From an uncultured Christensenella sp. (GTDB lineage Bacteria > Bacillota > Clostridia > Christensenellales > UBA3700): a stretch of DNA of 64,000 nucleotides. The notes beneath the pieces are model-generated. The model saw only the letters and a program-made list of their open reading frames with translations, did not search any database and was not told the DNA's origin. The position numbers and the translations under genes are program-made. Positions 37,550 through 48,846 of the stretch are shown piece after piece (the stretch's first letter is position 1; each line of letters opens with the position of its first letter). Location of the stretch: the NCBI GenBank assembly GCA_910577845.1, contig CAJTNA010000004.1, forward strand, positions 15,280-79,279, in the 5' to 3' direction.

Positions 37550-38620
37550 ATGTTTAATTTTGATATGGAAGACGATAGATTAATCACCAGTACTAAACAT
37601 TCAGAGGATAGTATTGAAAATGGTCTTAGACCAAAGAGTATGGATGAGTATATTGGTCAAGATAAAATCAAAGGAAATTTAGAGATTTTTATAAAAGCCG
37701 CACTAAAGCGTGGCGAAGCTTTAGACCACGTATTGTTATATGGTCCTCCAGGACTTGGTAAAACTACTTTGTCACACATTATTGCAAATGAAATGAATTC
37801 CCAAATTAGAGTTACTAGCGGACCTGCGATTGAAAAGGCGGGGGATTTAGCTGCAATACTAACAAATTTGTCTGATAATGACATTTTGTTTATTGATGAA
37901 ATTCATAGGCTAAACCGCAATGTTGAGGAAGTTTTATATCCCGCAATGGAAGACTATGCTTTGGATATTATAATTGGTAAAGGACCATCTGCAAGAAGTT
38001 TGCGAATAGATTTGCCAAAGTTTACTTTGATTGGTGCTACAACTAAAGCGGGTATGCTAACCAGTCCATTAAGAGATAGGTTTGGTGTTAACCTTAGGTT
38101 AGAACTTTATACTCCAGACGATTTGGTTAAAATTATTAACCGCTCAGCAAAATTGCTTAATATAAATATTGATGCAGATGCAAGTTTTGAGATTGCAAGA
38201 CGTTCAAGAGGTACACCTCGTATTGCAAACAGAATTTTAAAGAGAGTAAGAGATTTTGCCGAGGTACTTTCCGACAAAGGGAAAATTGACCTTGAGATTG
38301 CTAGAAAGAGTTTGACACTTATGGAAATTGACGATATGGGGTTAGACTACAGCGATATCAAGATTTTAACTAATATGATAGATACTTTTGGTGGCGGACC
38401 AGTTGGACTTGATACTTTGGCTGCGTCTGTCAATGAGGATAGCAACACTATTGAGGACGTAATTGAGCCATACTTAATGCAGATTGGTTTTGTTGCAAGG
38501 ACTCCACGTGGTAGAATTTGCTTGAAAAAAGCTTATGAGCATTTGGGCAAAACAATGGATACAGAGAAAGAGTTGCTAATTTCACAATATGAAAAAGAGG
38601 TTGCAGATAAAAATGAATAA
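37550..38620 (+). CDS. ruvB: Holliday junction DNA helicase RuvB
   Basis: [29 protein letters not shown]. Confidence 0.96.
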   Translation: MFNFDMEDDRLITSTKHSEDSIENGLRPKSMDEYIGQDKIKGNLEIFIKAALKRGEALDHVLLYGPPGLGKTTLSHIIANEMNSQIRVTSGPAIEKAGDLAAILTNLSDNDILFIDEIHRLNRNVEEVLYPAMEDYALDIIIGKGPSARSLRIDLPKFTLIGATTKAGMLTSPLRDRFGVNLRLELYTPDDLVKIINRSAKLLNINIDADASFEIARRSRGTPRIANRILKRVRDFAEVLSDKGKIDLEIARKSLTLMEIDDMGLDYSDIKILTNMIDTFGGGPVGLDTLAASVNEDSNTIEDVIEPYLMQIGFVARTPRGRICLKKAYEHLGKTMDTEKELLISQYEKEVADKNE

Positions 38621-39635
38621 AAGTGATTTTTATTACGATTTACCTGAGGAATTAATTGCACAAACACCAGTTTATCCTCGTGATAGCTCAAGAATGCTTG
38701 TGTATAATAGGCAAAATGATAGTATTGAACATAAGCATTTTTATGATGTGATAGATTATTTGAAAGAAGGGGATGTACTTGTAATTAACAATACTAAAGT
38801 TATACCTGCAAGATTGTTTTGTCATAGGGAAGGCAAAGAGGAAGTGATTGAGGTATTACTTTTAAAAAGGATAGATTACAATCATTATGAGTGCATAACT
38901 AAACCTGCAAAAAAATTGAAGCTTGGAACAAAGATTGTTTTTAGTGAAAAACTTTCTGCAGTGGTAAAAGAGATTGGGGAACAAGGCATTAGGATATTAG
39001 AGTTTTTATTTGATGGTGTATGGGAAAATATTTTGAACGAGATAGGCACTATGCCGTTACCACCTTATATTAAGGAAAAATTGCAAGACCAATCACGCTA
39101 TCAAACTATTTATTGTAAGGAATCTGGCTCAAGTGCTGCACCTACTGCTGGTTTGCATTTTACAGATGAGTTGCTTGATAAAATTAAGGCAAAAGGTGTA
39201 ATAGTTGCAGAGGTGTTATTGCACGTAGGTTTAGGAACTTTTCGACCAGTTAAAGAGGACGATATTTTAAAGCATAATATGCATAGTGAATATTGTAGGA
39301 TTGATGAGCAGAATGCGGAAATAATAAATAGTGCAGTTAAAGAGGGTAGACGAGTAATTTGCGTAGGCACTACTTCTGTTAGAACTCTTGAAAGTTTAGC
39401 TGACGAAAATGGTTTTGTAAAAGCTGATACTATGGACACTAATATCTTTATTTATCCAGGATATAAGTTTAAAGTTGTAGGTGGCTTAATTACAAATTTC
39501 CATTTGCCCGAGTCTACTTTGATTATGCTGGTTTCCGCATTTATGGGTAGGGAAAATGCTTTGAATATGTACAATATTGCAGTAAGTGAAAAATATAGAT
39601 TTTTTAGTTTTGGTGATGCTACATTTATAATCTAA
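38613..39635 (+). CDS. queA: S-adenosylmethionine:tRNA ribosyltransferase-isomerase
   Basis: [30 protein letters not shown]. The ATG at 38613 overlaps the ruvB stop. Confidence 0.95.
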   Translation: MNKSDFYYDLPEELIAQTPVYPRDSSRMLVYNRQNDSIEHKHFYDVIDYLKEGDVLVINNTKVIPARLFCHREGKEEVIEVLLLKRIDYNHYECITKPAKKLKLGTKIVFSEKLSAVVKEIGEQGIRILEFLFDGVWENILNEIGTMPLPPYIKEKLQDQSRYQTIYCKESGSSAAPTAGLHFTDELLDKIKAKGVIVAEVLLHVGLGTFRPVKEDDILKHNMHSEYCRIDEQNAEIINSAVKEGRRVICVGTTSVRTLESLADENGFVKADTMDTNIFIYPGYKFKVVGGLITNFHLPESTLIMLVSAFMGRENALNMYNIAVSEKYRFFSFGDATFII

Positions 39636-39985
39636 TTTATTTATTTGTTATTCAATTAAAGTTTATGTAAATAATAATTGATAAATAAATAATTTATTAG
39701 CGAATAAAAGCTATATTTATTTTAAGTAAATTATATATGCCAAATCTATAATTTGTTTTGATTGTGTCAATAACAAATTGCGAGTTAAATATAAAAAGTA
39801 ATAAAATAAATTAATGATAAAATAAAATGATATAAATATTTAATATAATTATAAAAGTAAGAAAGAATTGTTTAATTAATATAATAGCATTGAGGTCAGT
39901 TTTGCAAAACGCAAAATTTGGTTTTGTAAGTGTTTGCTCAAGCAGTTCAAAATTAATATCACTTAAGATATAATTAAATTTTTAA

Positions 39986-41149
<1,164 letters not shown>

Positions 41150-41175
41150 TTTTTTAATTTTTTGGCATTATTATA

Positions 41176-41204
41176 TTGCTAAAATTTGTAAATTGTTGTA
41201 TAAT
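41176..41204 (+). promoter_or_regulatory. sigma-A promoter of yajC
   Basis: TTGCTA, a 17-nt spacer, TATAAT. Confidence 0.6.
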
Positions 41205-41292
41205 ATTAAAAATAAGAGTGGAATGGAAAAGGCATTAGTTTAATTGCCATAAGTGTAACTCTAATTGTTAAATAAGATTTAAGGAGAATTAT

Positions 41293-41847
41293 ATGTTTAA
41301 TTTATTATGTGCAGAAAGTGGCGTTAATACTTGGCTTATGCCTGTGATTTTGGTAGGTATGGTAGTACTTATGTTATTATTTACCTATTTTCCTCAAAGG
41401 AAAAAGAAAAAAGAGGCTCAACAAATGATGGCTTCTGTAAGAGCTGGTAAAAAAGTTAAGACTATTGGTGGTTTTGTTGGTGAAATTGTAAGTATGGATG
41501 AAAAAAATGGTACAATGGAATTGAATGTTGGTACTAAAGATTCACCAGTAATAGTTGTTTTGGATAAAGCTGCGATTTACACAGTACTTAATCCTGATGT
41601 GCCAGTGCAAAACCAAACTGAGGTTAAAGCTGACGAGGAAGTTGTACCAGTAGCAGTAACTGCAGACGATTTAGCTCAAGACGAAAAAGAGGCTACAAAA
41701 GCTGCTGAAAAGAAAGCTAAAAAGGAAGCTAAGAAAAACCAAAAGGCAGATAAAAACGCTCAAGATAATGTTGATACCACAACTGAAAATGCTGATACTG
41801 AGCAAGTGGTTCAAGATGCTATTGTTGAGGAAAATAAGACTGAGTGA
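41293..41847 (+). CDS. yajC: preprotein translocase subunit YajC with a long charged C-terminal extension
   Basis: TM segment plus KVKTIGGFVGEIVSMDE (YajC core). About 90 extra residues are rich in A/K/E/D/Q. Confidence 0.8.
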   Translation: MFNLLCAESGVNTWLMPVILVGMVVLMLLFTYFPQRKKKKEAQQMMASVRAGKKVKTIGGFVGEIVSMDEKNGTMELNVGTKDSPVIVVLDKAAIYTVLNPDVPVQNQTEVKADEEVVPVAVTADDLAQDEKEATKAAEKKAKKEAKKNQKADKNAQDNVDTTTENADTEQVVQDAIVEENKTE

Positions 41848-41992
41848 TATAAATTCAGTTTGTTTAAATACTTTTTAAGTAATGATAAAAATTATTATTT
41901 AACAATATTTTAATAAAGTATAAAATATAAATAGTTGTATAATTTTTAAATTAAAATATATTGACATTCTATAAGTATATAGCAAGTTATCA

Positions 41993-42022
41993 AAAAGGCT
42001 CTTTAAAGAGCCTTTTGTTTTT
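41993..42022 (+). terminator. intrinsic terminator of yajC
   Basis: Stem AAAAGGCTC/GAGCCTTTT, then GTTTTT. Confidence 0.8.
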
Positions 42023-42053
42023 ATATTAGTAAAAATTAGCTACTAATTTAGTA

Positions 42054-42082
42054 TTGATTTTTTTTGCACAATGTGCTATAAT
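42054..42082 (+). promoter_or_regulatory. sigma-A promoter of the ankyrin operon
   Basis: TTGATT, a 17-nt spacer, TATAAT, with the extended -10 TGC. Confidence 0.6.
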
Positions 42083-42111
42083 AGTTCTAATAAATTACTT
42101 TGGAGATAATT

Positions 42112-43362
42112 ATGGATAGAGATTTATTATATAGAGTTAAAGAGGTATTTTTTAGAGAGCAACCTATACAAGACGCTATAGATATTTTAAATGAAAATAT
42201 TGATAAAATAGATTTTGATGATGAGGATGATGTTAAAGAGATAAATGAACTTGTTCGCTCCTCACTAACTTTTAATGAAAAGAATGATGATGGTATCGAA
42301 TTAGTTAAATTTTTAATATCAAAAGGCTATGATATTAATTTTAAGTTTTCCAAAAAAGAGTGCCTTATACTTAACCTTGCAGAATCAACAATAAGACCTG
42401 CATTATTTCAACAACTAATTGATTTAGGTGCGGATGTATATTCTGAAACTACAATTGGCGGTAATGTGCTTACACGTTCAGCTGAAAAAGTTGTAGATAC
42501 TTGGGGAATGCGAGACAAGGATATCAATGAAAGATTACCTATTTACATTGCGGAAAATTTTGATTTGTCACAATTAGACCATCCAAGTGAAACAGGTATT
42601 ACACCTTTGATGTATGCAATAATGAAAAATAAAATGAACTTAGCTAAAAAACTTATTTCGCTTGGTTCAGATGTAAATATGACTGGTGGTCAAGCACAAG
42701 GCGGATATAGTTATTGGATGAATATCTATGGTGTGTCACCACTTGCAATAGCTTGTCGTGAGGGCAACTTAGAGGCTGCAAAATTGCTTATTGAGGCTGG
42801 GGCAGATGACACTTTGTGTGATGCTGATGGTACCCCAACAATGTTTGCACTTTTGTATAATACATTCAGATACAACGAAATGGTTGTGCCTATGCAAATT
42901 GAGATTGGGAAAAGAAAGGGTGAAATTGTTAAATTGCTTAAGGACCCAAACTTTACTGATTCTCAAGGTAACACTTTGCTTATGAAATCAATGTGGAGAT
43001 ATGGTTATTCTAAAGATAAGCAAATTTCACCATTCAATAATGAGGAGATTATGAGAGCCTTGTTAGAGCGTGGTGTAAATGTTAATGTATCTAACAACCT
43101 TGGTAAAACTGCATTGCATTATTCTGCAGAGTATTTTGATTGTATGGTAAAGGAATTGATAGTAGCTGGTGCGGATATCAATGCACAAGATAACCAAGGC
43201 AATACTGCATTAATCATTACTTGTAAAAATCGTAGTGAAAAGATTGCAAAACTGCTTTTGCGTAAAGGTGCAGATTTTAACATTAAAAATGCTGACGGAA
43301 AGTCTGCTATGGACATTGTTGCAGAAAATGGTTTGACAGATGTGCTTGAGCTAATGATATAG
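42112..43362 (+). CDS. ankyrin-repeat protein
   Basis: Multiple ANK repeats (GITPLMYAIMKNKMNLAKKLISLGSDVN, VSPLAIACREGNLEAAKLLIEAGAD, GKTALHYSAE, GNTALIITCKNRSEKIAKLLLRKGADFN). No signal peptide. ATG at 42112, after GGAG. Confidence 0.85.
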   Translation: MDRDLLYRVKEVFFREQPIQDAIDILNENIDKIDFDDEDDVKEINELVRSSLTFNEKNDDGIELVKFLISKGYDINFKFSKKECLILNLAESTIRPALFQQLIDLGADVYSETTIGGNVLTRSAEKVVDTWGMRDKDINERLPIYIAENFDLSQLDHPSETGITPLMYAIMKNKMNLAKKLISLGSDVNMTGGQAQGGYSYWMNIYGVSPLAIACREGNLEAAKLLIEAGADDTLCDADGTPTMFALLYNTFRYNEMVVPMQIEIGKRKGEIVKLLKDPNFTDSQGNTLLMKSMWRYGYSKDKQISPFNNEEIMRALLERGVNVNVSNNLGKTALHYSAEYFDCMVKELIVAGADINAQDNQGNTALIITCKNRSEKIAKLLLRKGADFNIKNADGKSAMDIVAENGLTDVLELMI

Positions 43363-43487
43363 AATATGTTAAGCAAAAATATATAGGAATTGTTTAACAT
43401 TATTCAAATTAACAATACGCAGTGGCATTTGAAAGTAGCTGTTGTTAATTCAAATTGCTATTTGTAATTTGAGCTAGAGGGTATAGT

Positions 43488-43943
43488 ATGGAGTTTTTAG
43501 GAAAAAGTACAAAAGTTGAAGACACAGATTCAGAAATTTCTTTATATAGGGCTTTGGCAATTGGTGATTTGCCGTTAGCATATATAATATCTAAAGATAT
43601 AAAAACTACTAAACCAGCAGTTTCGTTTAATCAAGGTTTGTGTTTATATCTTTTGGGAGAATATGAAAGGGCTTTGGTAGAACTAAAACGTAGCGAACAA
43701 GGCTATTCTAATTGTGCAGAATATGATATTGCTGATAGACGATTATTTATGAAAGCAATAGAGGTAGTTGGAGATAGTGTAAAGTTTTTACCGCTTGATA
43801 GTGAAGCACCTAAGCGTTGCGGTCGTTATGCACTTATTCGCACAAGATGGCTAACTGCTTTATGTTTGATTAAACTAGGTCGTGAGAGTGAGGCAATGCC
43901 AATTATAAGATTTTTATCACAATATAATATTAAGGAGATATAA
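43488..43943 (+). CDS. small hypothetical protein, TPR-like helix pairs
   Basis: FNQGLCLYLLGEYERALVELKRS is TPR-like. The gene ends 2 nt before the next start. Confidence 0.5.
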   Translation: MEFLGKSTKVEDTDSEISLYRALAIGDLPLAYIISKDIKTTKPAVSFNQGLCLYLLGEYERALVELKRSEQGYSNCAEYDIADRRLFMKAIEVVGDSVKFLPLDSEAPKRCGRYALIRTRWLTALCLIKLGRESEAMPIIRFLSQYNIKEI

Positions 43944-43945
43944 TT

Positions 43946-44926
43946 ATGCAACTGGATAATATGCTTTTACAAGCTTGTAAAAATAATCAAAAAACTGTTG
44001 TTCAAATGTTTTTAAAACGTGGTGACATTAATGTGAACAAACGTGACGAATCGGGTAATACACCTTTGATATACTCTTGTATGAAAAACGCAAGGGAACT
44101 TGTCAAAATGCTACTTGATAGCGGTGCTGATGCGAATTTGTCAAATGTCGCAACTCGATACCCACTGCACTTTGCTGCTCAAACGGGTAATTATGAAATT
44201 TTATCTTTATTAGTAGGTGCTGGTGCAGATGTAAACTGCACAGATAAAGAGGGTGTAACACCTCTAATGTTACTTGCACAAAACGGAAAGACAGACACTG
44301 CTTTAAAATTTTTAAAGTTTGACGGTGTTGATGTATCTTTAAAAGATAATAACAATAATAAGGCAATTGATTACGCAACTGTTGCAGGCTTGAGGGAATT
44401 GGTTAAAGCATTGTCTAGTAATATTGAGGAGCATACAGATGCAAATGGCAATACTACTTTGCACCACGCTTGTTGGAATGACCAAGTTGAAGTTGTTAAG
44501 GTGCTTGTTGACAATGGTGCAGAGGTTGATAAGGTTAATGATGATGGAGAAACTGCATTGTTCCTTGCAGTTCGTAGAGCTAACCTTGTTACTACAGAAA
44601 AGCTACTTTCAGCTGGTGCAAAAACAGATATTTCTAATCTTGATGGCGTAATGCCTATACATATTGCGGCGGATAGTGGTGAGCAATTTATTGGTGTTGC
44701 GTTGATTAATGCTGGTGCAGATATAAATGCAAAAACTTCTGATGGTTACACCTCACTTATTTTGGCGGCACGTAATGGTAGAAATGACTTTACAGCAATG
44801 CTTATTGAAAAAGGTGCAGATGTAAATGCAGTTGATAATGAACAACATAGTGCATTGTACTATGCATCTGAGGCTGGATTCACTGAAATTGTGGAACAAC
44901 TTTTAATGGCTGGTGCAATGAACTGA
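43946..44926 (+). CDS. ankyrin-repeat protein (about 9 repeats)
   Basis: Near-consensus ANK repeats along the whole protein (GNTPLIYSCMKNARELVKMLLDSGADAN, YPLHFAAQTGNYEILSLLVGAGADVN and others). Confidence 0.9.
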   Translation: MQLDNMLLQACKNNQKTVVQMFLKRGDINVNKRDESGNTPLIYSCMKNARELVKMLLDSGADANLSNVATRYPLHFAAQTGNYEILSLLVGAGADVNCTDKEGVTPLMLLAQNGKTDTALKFLKFDGVDVSLKDNNNNKAIDYATVAGLRELVKALSSNIEEHTDANGNTTLHHACWNDQVEVVKVLVDNGAEVDKVNDDGETALFLAVRRANLVTTEKLLSAGAKTDISNLDGVMPIHIAADSGEQFIGVALINAGADINAKTSDGYTSLILAARNGRNDFTAMLIEKGADVNAVDNEQHSALYYASEAGFTEIVEQLLMAGAMN

Positions 44927-44955
44927 TAATTAAAATTGCTACAAATTTATAGATA

Positions 44956-44994
44956 ATAAGTATCCCAAAATATCATTTTGGGATACTTATTTTA
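44956..44994 (+). terminator. intrinsic terminator of the ankyrin operon
   Basis: 15-bp perfect stem ATAAGTATCCCAAAA/TTTTGGGATACTTAT, then TTT. Confidence 0.85.
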
Positions 44995-45032
44995 AATTTT
45001 TAACTCTTGCTTTATTCTCATCACGTAAAGTT

Positions 45033-45278
45033 TTAATAGTACAAATATTTGTTTGGATTCTTTGTAATTAGCGATATATCTAAAGAAATTTCTTCTGTAG
45101 TACAACGAGTTTCAACAATGGCTAACAATGCTTATGATGAAAGAGTCAACTATATACTTTCAAATTTAGCAGTATTTGCTGTTGATTTATCAATTCTGAT
45201 AGATAATTCTCTTGCTGAAAAGCCAGCTATTGTCCTTATTATTCTAAGCTTTTCATATAGAATTTTTGATTTGGAGTA
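45033..45278 (-). pseudogene. decayed XRE-family HTH gene (no start codon, two in-frame stops)
   Basis: Minus-strand frame reads YSKSKILYEKLRIIRTIAGFSARELSIRIDKSTANTAKFESI*LTLSS*ALLAIVETRCTTEEISLD... It has the HTH_3 pattern. The stops are the complement of 45150-45152 and 45132-45134. Confidence 0.4.
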
Positions 45279-45301
45279 ACATTTTTTATTTTTAACTTTT
45301 T

Positions 45302-45343
45302 AAAAAGTAGCTAGCTCATAACTAAAGAGCTAGCTTGCTTTTT
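45302..45343 (-). terminator. intrinsic terminator of the 45353-46777 gene (possibly bidirectional)
   Basis: 9-bp stem AGCTAGCTC/GAGCTAGCT with T-runs on both strands. Confidence 0.7.
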
Positions 45344-45352
45344 ATTTGTAAT

Positions 45353-46777
45353 TTATAAGTTTATTACATTGTAGCCGTCATTATAAGGCAAGTTGTTTGC
45401 AAGCTTAATTGTGCTACCAGAACGTTTGTGAGTGAATTTGATTTTAATCTCTTTTACATTTTCATTTATTGTAATTATTTGTTGCTCAAACATATACAAA
45501 GCTTTTTGTGGTATGTCAATTTTTTTGCCATCAGCAATAATTTCAAGTTCATATTCAAGAGGTGATGCAAAACCAAAATTGTTAATCATAAATGAGGTTT
45601 GATTATTACTTGTAAGTAAGTTGCTAACACCTAGGTTATATCCTAGATGGAATTGTAAATATTTATAAATTGAAATTTTATCCTCATTATCAAGCATAGC
45701 AGGTGAGTATGGCAAGTTGTTTTTCTCAAGTTCCGCTTTTGTTAAATATTCTGTCTTCCATTTCTCCAAATGATAAGTTGTGCCTTGTGCATCTGACCTA
45801 TGTTCTTTATAGTTGTGAGTTATACTTAGTGTAGTTAAGCCATATCCAACAACTTGTTTTACAAAACCTAAACCATCTATAGGAAAATGTTTGTCATTTT
45901 CCTTATAGTCACCCCAAGGCATTTCTCCGTCTGCAATAGTGTGTTTATTTTTATTTAGTAAATCTTTGTATTGTGGGTCTTTCCAACTCATCATTCCCCA
46001 CTCGTGGTCCTGACCAACTAAAAAGTCATCGTGTACGGAAATTCTACTTTCAAATTGTTTAGGGACTTGCGACAAGATATCAGGTGTTCTTACCATAATA
46101 TAAATATCCTCTGGAATAATGTTGCAAAGCTTTGTAATAAGTTTTCTTATGTTATGGTTGTACCAATAACCGTGTCCTTCACCCCACAAACCAATTAAAC
46201 CGAATTGCATTGCATAAACAACATCATTAAATAGTTCAGTATTGTCATTAATAAATTTACCAATTTGGTCTAGATGTTTAATAATTTGAGCGTCTTTTGC
46301 ATCTGTGTTAATTTTATCCTCAAACATATATGCAAATCTCAAAAGTACTTTAACATTTTTACTTTTTAAAATCTCAAAGTAATTTTTAATAAGATTTATT
46401 GCATTTGCATCTAAATCTTTATCACGATATTCAGTAAGATAAATATAACATTGAAGTATTTTTATATCGTCTTCGCTGTATAAAGTTAATTGTTCCTCAA
46501 TATGTTCTATGTAAGTCTTCTCACTTGTAGGGTAAGATTTTTCAGTGCCTAAAGTATAAGCTACCTCACCACGAAAACCTCTGTCCTCATTTGCAAGTAA
46601 ACTCCTATCCAATCCGCTTAAACTTAAATTGTTTATAATTGTATAATCAAACTTTGACTTAGTTGCTGGATATTTTTCAATATTATATTTATTACTTGTA
46701 CAACCAACTAAAAATATAGGTGTTGCAATAACTAGTGCTACTAAAAGTGAAATGATAACAACTAAATAACTTTTCAT
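45353..46777 (-). CDS. lipoprotein, glycoside-hydrolase-like (resembles DUF4874/DUF4832-type proteins, from memory)
   Basis: Signal peptide with lipobox FLVGC. LRFAYMFED and GLIGLWGEGHGYW motifs are reminiscent of the GH42-like/DUF4832 family. Confidence 0.65.
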   Translation of the reverse strand: MKSYLVVIISLLVALVIATPIFLVGCTSNKYNIEKYPATKSKFDYTIINNLSLSGLDRSLLANEDRGFRGEVAYTLGTEKSYPTSEKTYIEHIEEQLTLYSEDDIKILQCYIYLTEYRDKDLDANAINLIKNYFEILKSKNVKVLLRFAYMFEDKINTDAKDAQIIKHLDQIGKFINDNTELFNDVVYAMQFGLIGLWGEGHGYWYNHNIRKLITKLCNIIPEDIYIMVRTPDILSQVPKQFESRISVHDDFLVGQDHEWGMMSWKDPQYKDLLNKNKHTIADGEMPWGDYKENDKHFPIDGLGFVKQVVGYGLTTLSITHNYKEHRSDAQGTTYHLEKWKTEYLTKAELEKNNLPYSPAMLDNEDKISIYKYLQFHLGYNLGVSNLLTSNNQTSFMINNFGFASPLEYELEIIADGKKIDIPQKALYMFEQQIITINENVKEIKIKFTHKRSGSTIKLANNLPYNDGYNVINL

Positions 46778-46994
46778 AAAAAAACTTCCATATATAAATT
46801 CATTGTTATAAGTTTATCATAAATTTATACTTTAGTCAATAGTCTGCTAATTTTTAGGCACGATAGGTAGATATTGCTAATTATTTTTACAAGTGCAAGT
46901 TATAAAAAAATGTATTAGTGTCGATTTTTGTCGACTAATCTTTTTTGTCAAGAAAAATTGTCTACAAGTTGTGGAAAAATATTTACAAATTGCC

Positions 46995-47023
46995 TTGACA
47001 ACACACTTTTTATTATGTATAAT
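46995..47023 (+). promoter_or_regulatory. consensus sigma-A promoter of the 47049 regulator gene
   Basis: TTGACA, a 17-nt spacer, TATAAT, both hexamers perfect. Confidence 0.7.
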
Positions 47024-47048
47024 TATATAGCATTCAAAAGAGGTAATT

Positions 47049-47885
47049 ATGTTAAAATTTGCAGAAAATCTAAGATATTATAGAAAATCTATTTCAGTTA
47101 CACAATCAGCGTTTGCTGATATTCTTAATGAAAAACTTAAGGATATGGGACTTACTATAGATTATAATAATAAAAGCATAAGTATGTGGGAAAAAGGGGA
47201 TAGATTTCCAGACAGCCCACTTGTTTGGATTGCTCTTGCAAATATAATGAATGTTAGCCTTGACCAAATGATGTTAGAAGATATTGCTTATATCGGAAAG
47301 GTAGCTGTAGATAGTACAGATGATTTGAAAACTGAGCTTTGCAATAGTTATATGAAAGACGCTTGTATTGGTGATTATACTAAGTTTAGCTCAAGTCAAG
47401 TTGTTATGGATATTGACGAACATTTGGGTGGTGATTTATATCACGGTATGTTTTATGTGCTTAGCAGTGTTAAATCTGGCAATGGTTATCACCAAAAATA
47501 TAACATTGAAAATGGAAAATTAACATCAGAGTATATCAAAAATCTAAGACGTGTACAATTTTGTAATGAAAGGAATTTTGTAAGCGATATTATTGCGAAT
47601 GGTGGTAGTAAAGGTGTGTTTACACAAGACAGAATCTCTAGTGTGTGGGAAGGCTTTTTTGAATGTCTTGGCAGTGTAGAAGAATATAATACTAGATGTA
47701 TGTATGATGAGGATAAAAATCACATTCTAACTATTGTGGAATATAATACTCATATCACAAAAGAAGATTTTGCAAGTGTATTGAAAGTAGATGGCTTAGA
47801 GCTTGAAAAAGAAATTTATAACACAATGGTACGTAACAAAAAGTTCTATCTTGGTGTAAGAATGACAAGGGAGCTTATTAAATAA
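47049..47885 (+). CDS. XRE-family HTH regulator with a large uncharacterised C-terminal domain
   Basis: LRYYRKSISVTQSAFADIL...SISMWEKGDRFP is the HTH. I do not recognise the remaining ~200 aa. Confidence 0.7.
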   Translation: MLKFAENLRYYRKSISVTQSAFADILNEKLKDMGLTIDYNNKSISMWEKGDRFPDSPLVWIALANIMNVSLDQMMLEDIAYIGKVAVDSTDDLKTELCNSYMKDACIGDYTKFSSSQVVMDIDEHLGGDLYHGMFYVLSSVKSGNGYHQKYNIENGKLTSEYIKNLRRVQFCNERNFVSDIIANGGSKGVFTQDRISSVWEGFFECLGSVEEYNTRCMYDEDKNHILTIVEYNTHITKEDFASVLKVDGLELEKEIYNTMVRNKKFYLGVRMTRELIK

Positions 47886-48095
47886 AAATTTAATTAAATA
47901 TTTAAAAGTAGCACTTAGGTGCTACTTTTTTAATTAAATGTAGTTTTATTCTATTGTTTTAATCTTTTTTACAATATTTAGAATTATTGTTAATAAGCAG
48001 TGATTTTTTTGCCTATGATTATTGACAAATTATGTGTAATTGGTTTATAATTATTACAAATAAAGTGAAAAAATCATTGATAAAATGGTGTAAAA

Positions 48096-48749
48096 ATGAT
48101 AAAAAATGTAGTTTTTGATATGGATGGAACAATTTTAAATACAATTGACGATTTGTATAATAGTGTTAATTATGCACTTTCACAATGCGGATATAAAAGT
48201 CGAACAATGAGTGAAGTTTTATCTTTTGTTGGCAATGGTGTAAAATTGTTGATTGAAAGAGCCTTGCCGTCTGGTTTTTCAAAAGAGGAATTTGATAAAT
48301 GCTTTATAGTGTTTATGGAATATTATAATGTACATAAAAATGATAGTACTGCACCATATGAGGGCATACTTGAACTTATGGCGGAACTTAAAAAGAAAGG
48401 TATATCAATGAGTGTGGTTTCAAATAAGTTTGATGCTGGTGTTAAAGAGCTTGCGAATAAGTTGTTTAATGGTTATTTACCAGTCGCAATTGGTGAGAGT
48501 GCAACTATCAAACCTAAGCCAAATCCAAGTGGAGTATGGTACGCATTGGAACTTATGGGTGCAAAACGTGAGGAAAGTGTGTATATTGGCGATTCCGAAG
48601 TTGACTTTCAAACAGCACAAAATAGTGGACTGACTTTTATTGGTGTTTCTTGGGGCTTTAGACCTCGCAGTTTGCACGAAAGTTTAGGGGTGCAATATAT
48701 TGCAGATAAGCCATTGGAAATAGTAGATATATTAGAGCAAATTAAGTGA
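48096..48749 (+). CDS. HAD-family hydrolase (phosphoglycolate phosphatase-like)
   Basis: VVFDMDGTILNT (DxDGT), SNK, and GDSEVD motifs. Confidence 0.85.
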   Translation: MIKNVVFDMDGTILNTIDDLYNSVNYALSQCGYKSRTMSEVLSFVGNGVKLLIERALPSGFSKEEFDKCFIVFMEYYNVHKNDSTAPYEGILELMAELKKKGISMSVVSNKFDAGVKELANKLFNGYLPVAIGESATIKPKPNPSGVWYALELMGAKREESVYIGDSEVDFQTAQNSGLTFIGVSWGFRPRSLHESLGVQYIADKPLEIVDILEQIK

Positions 48750-48846
48750 TTGTATTTTTGATACAATATTAATAGTTATATGTAAGTTTCTCATTTATCA
48801 AAATGAAAGAGAAACATTTTAAAACATTTTGTAATTAATTTTGAGT

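Noticed and set aside
45049-45279. 76-aa + strand ORF
   Set aside because: The opposite strand carries the recognisable, though decayed, XRE HTH frame. The + ORF has no RBS and is interpreted as its shadow.
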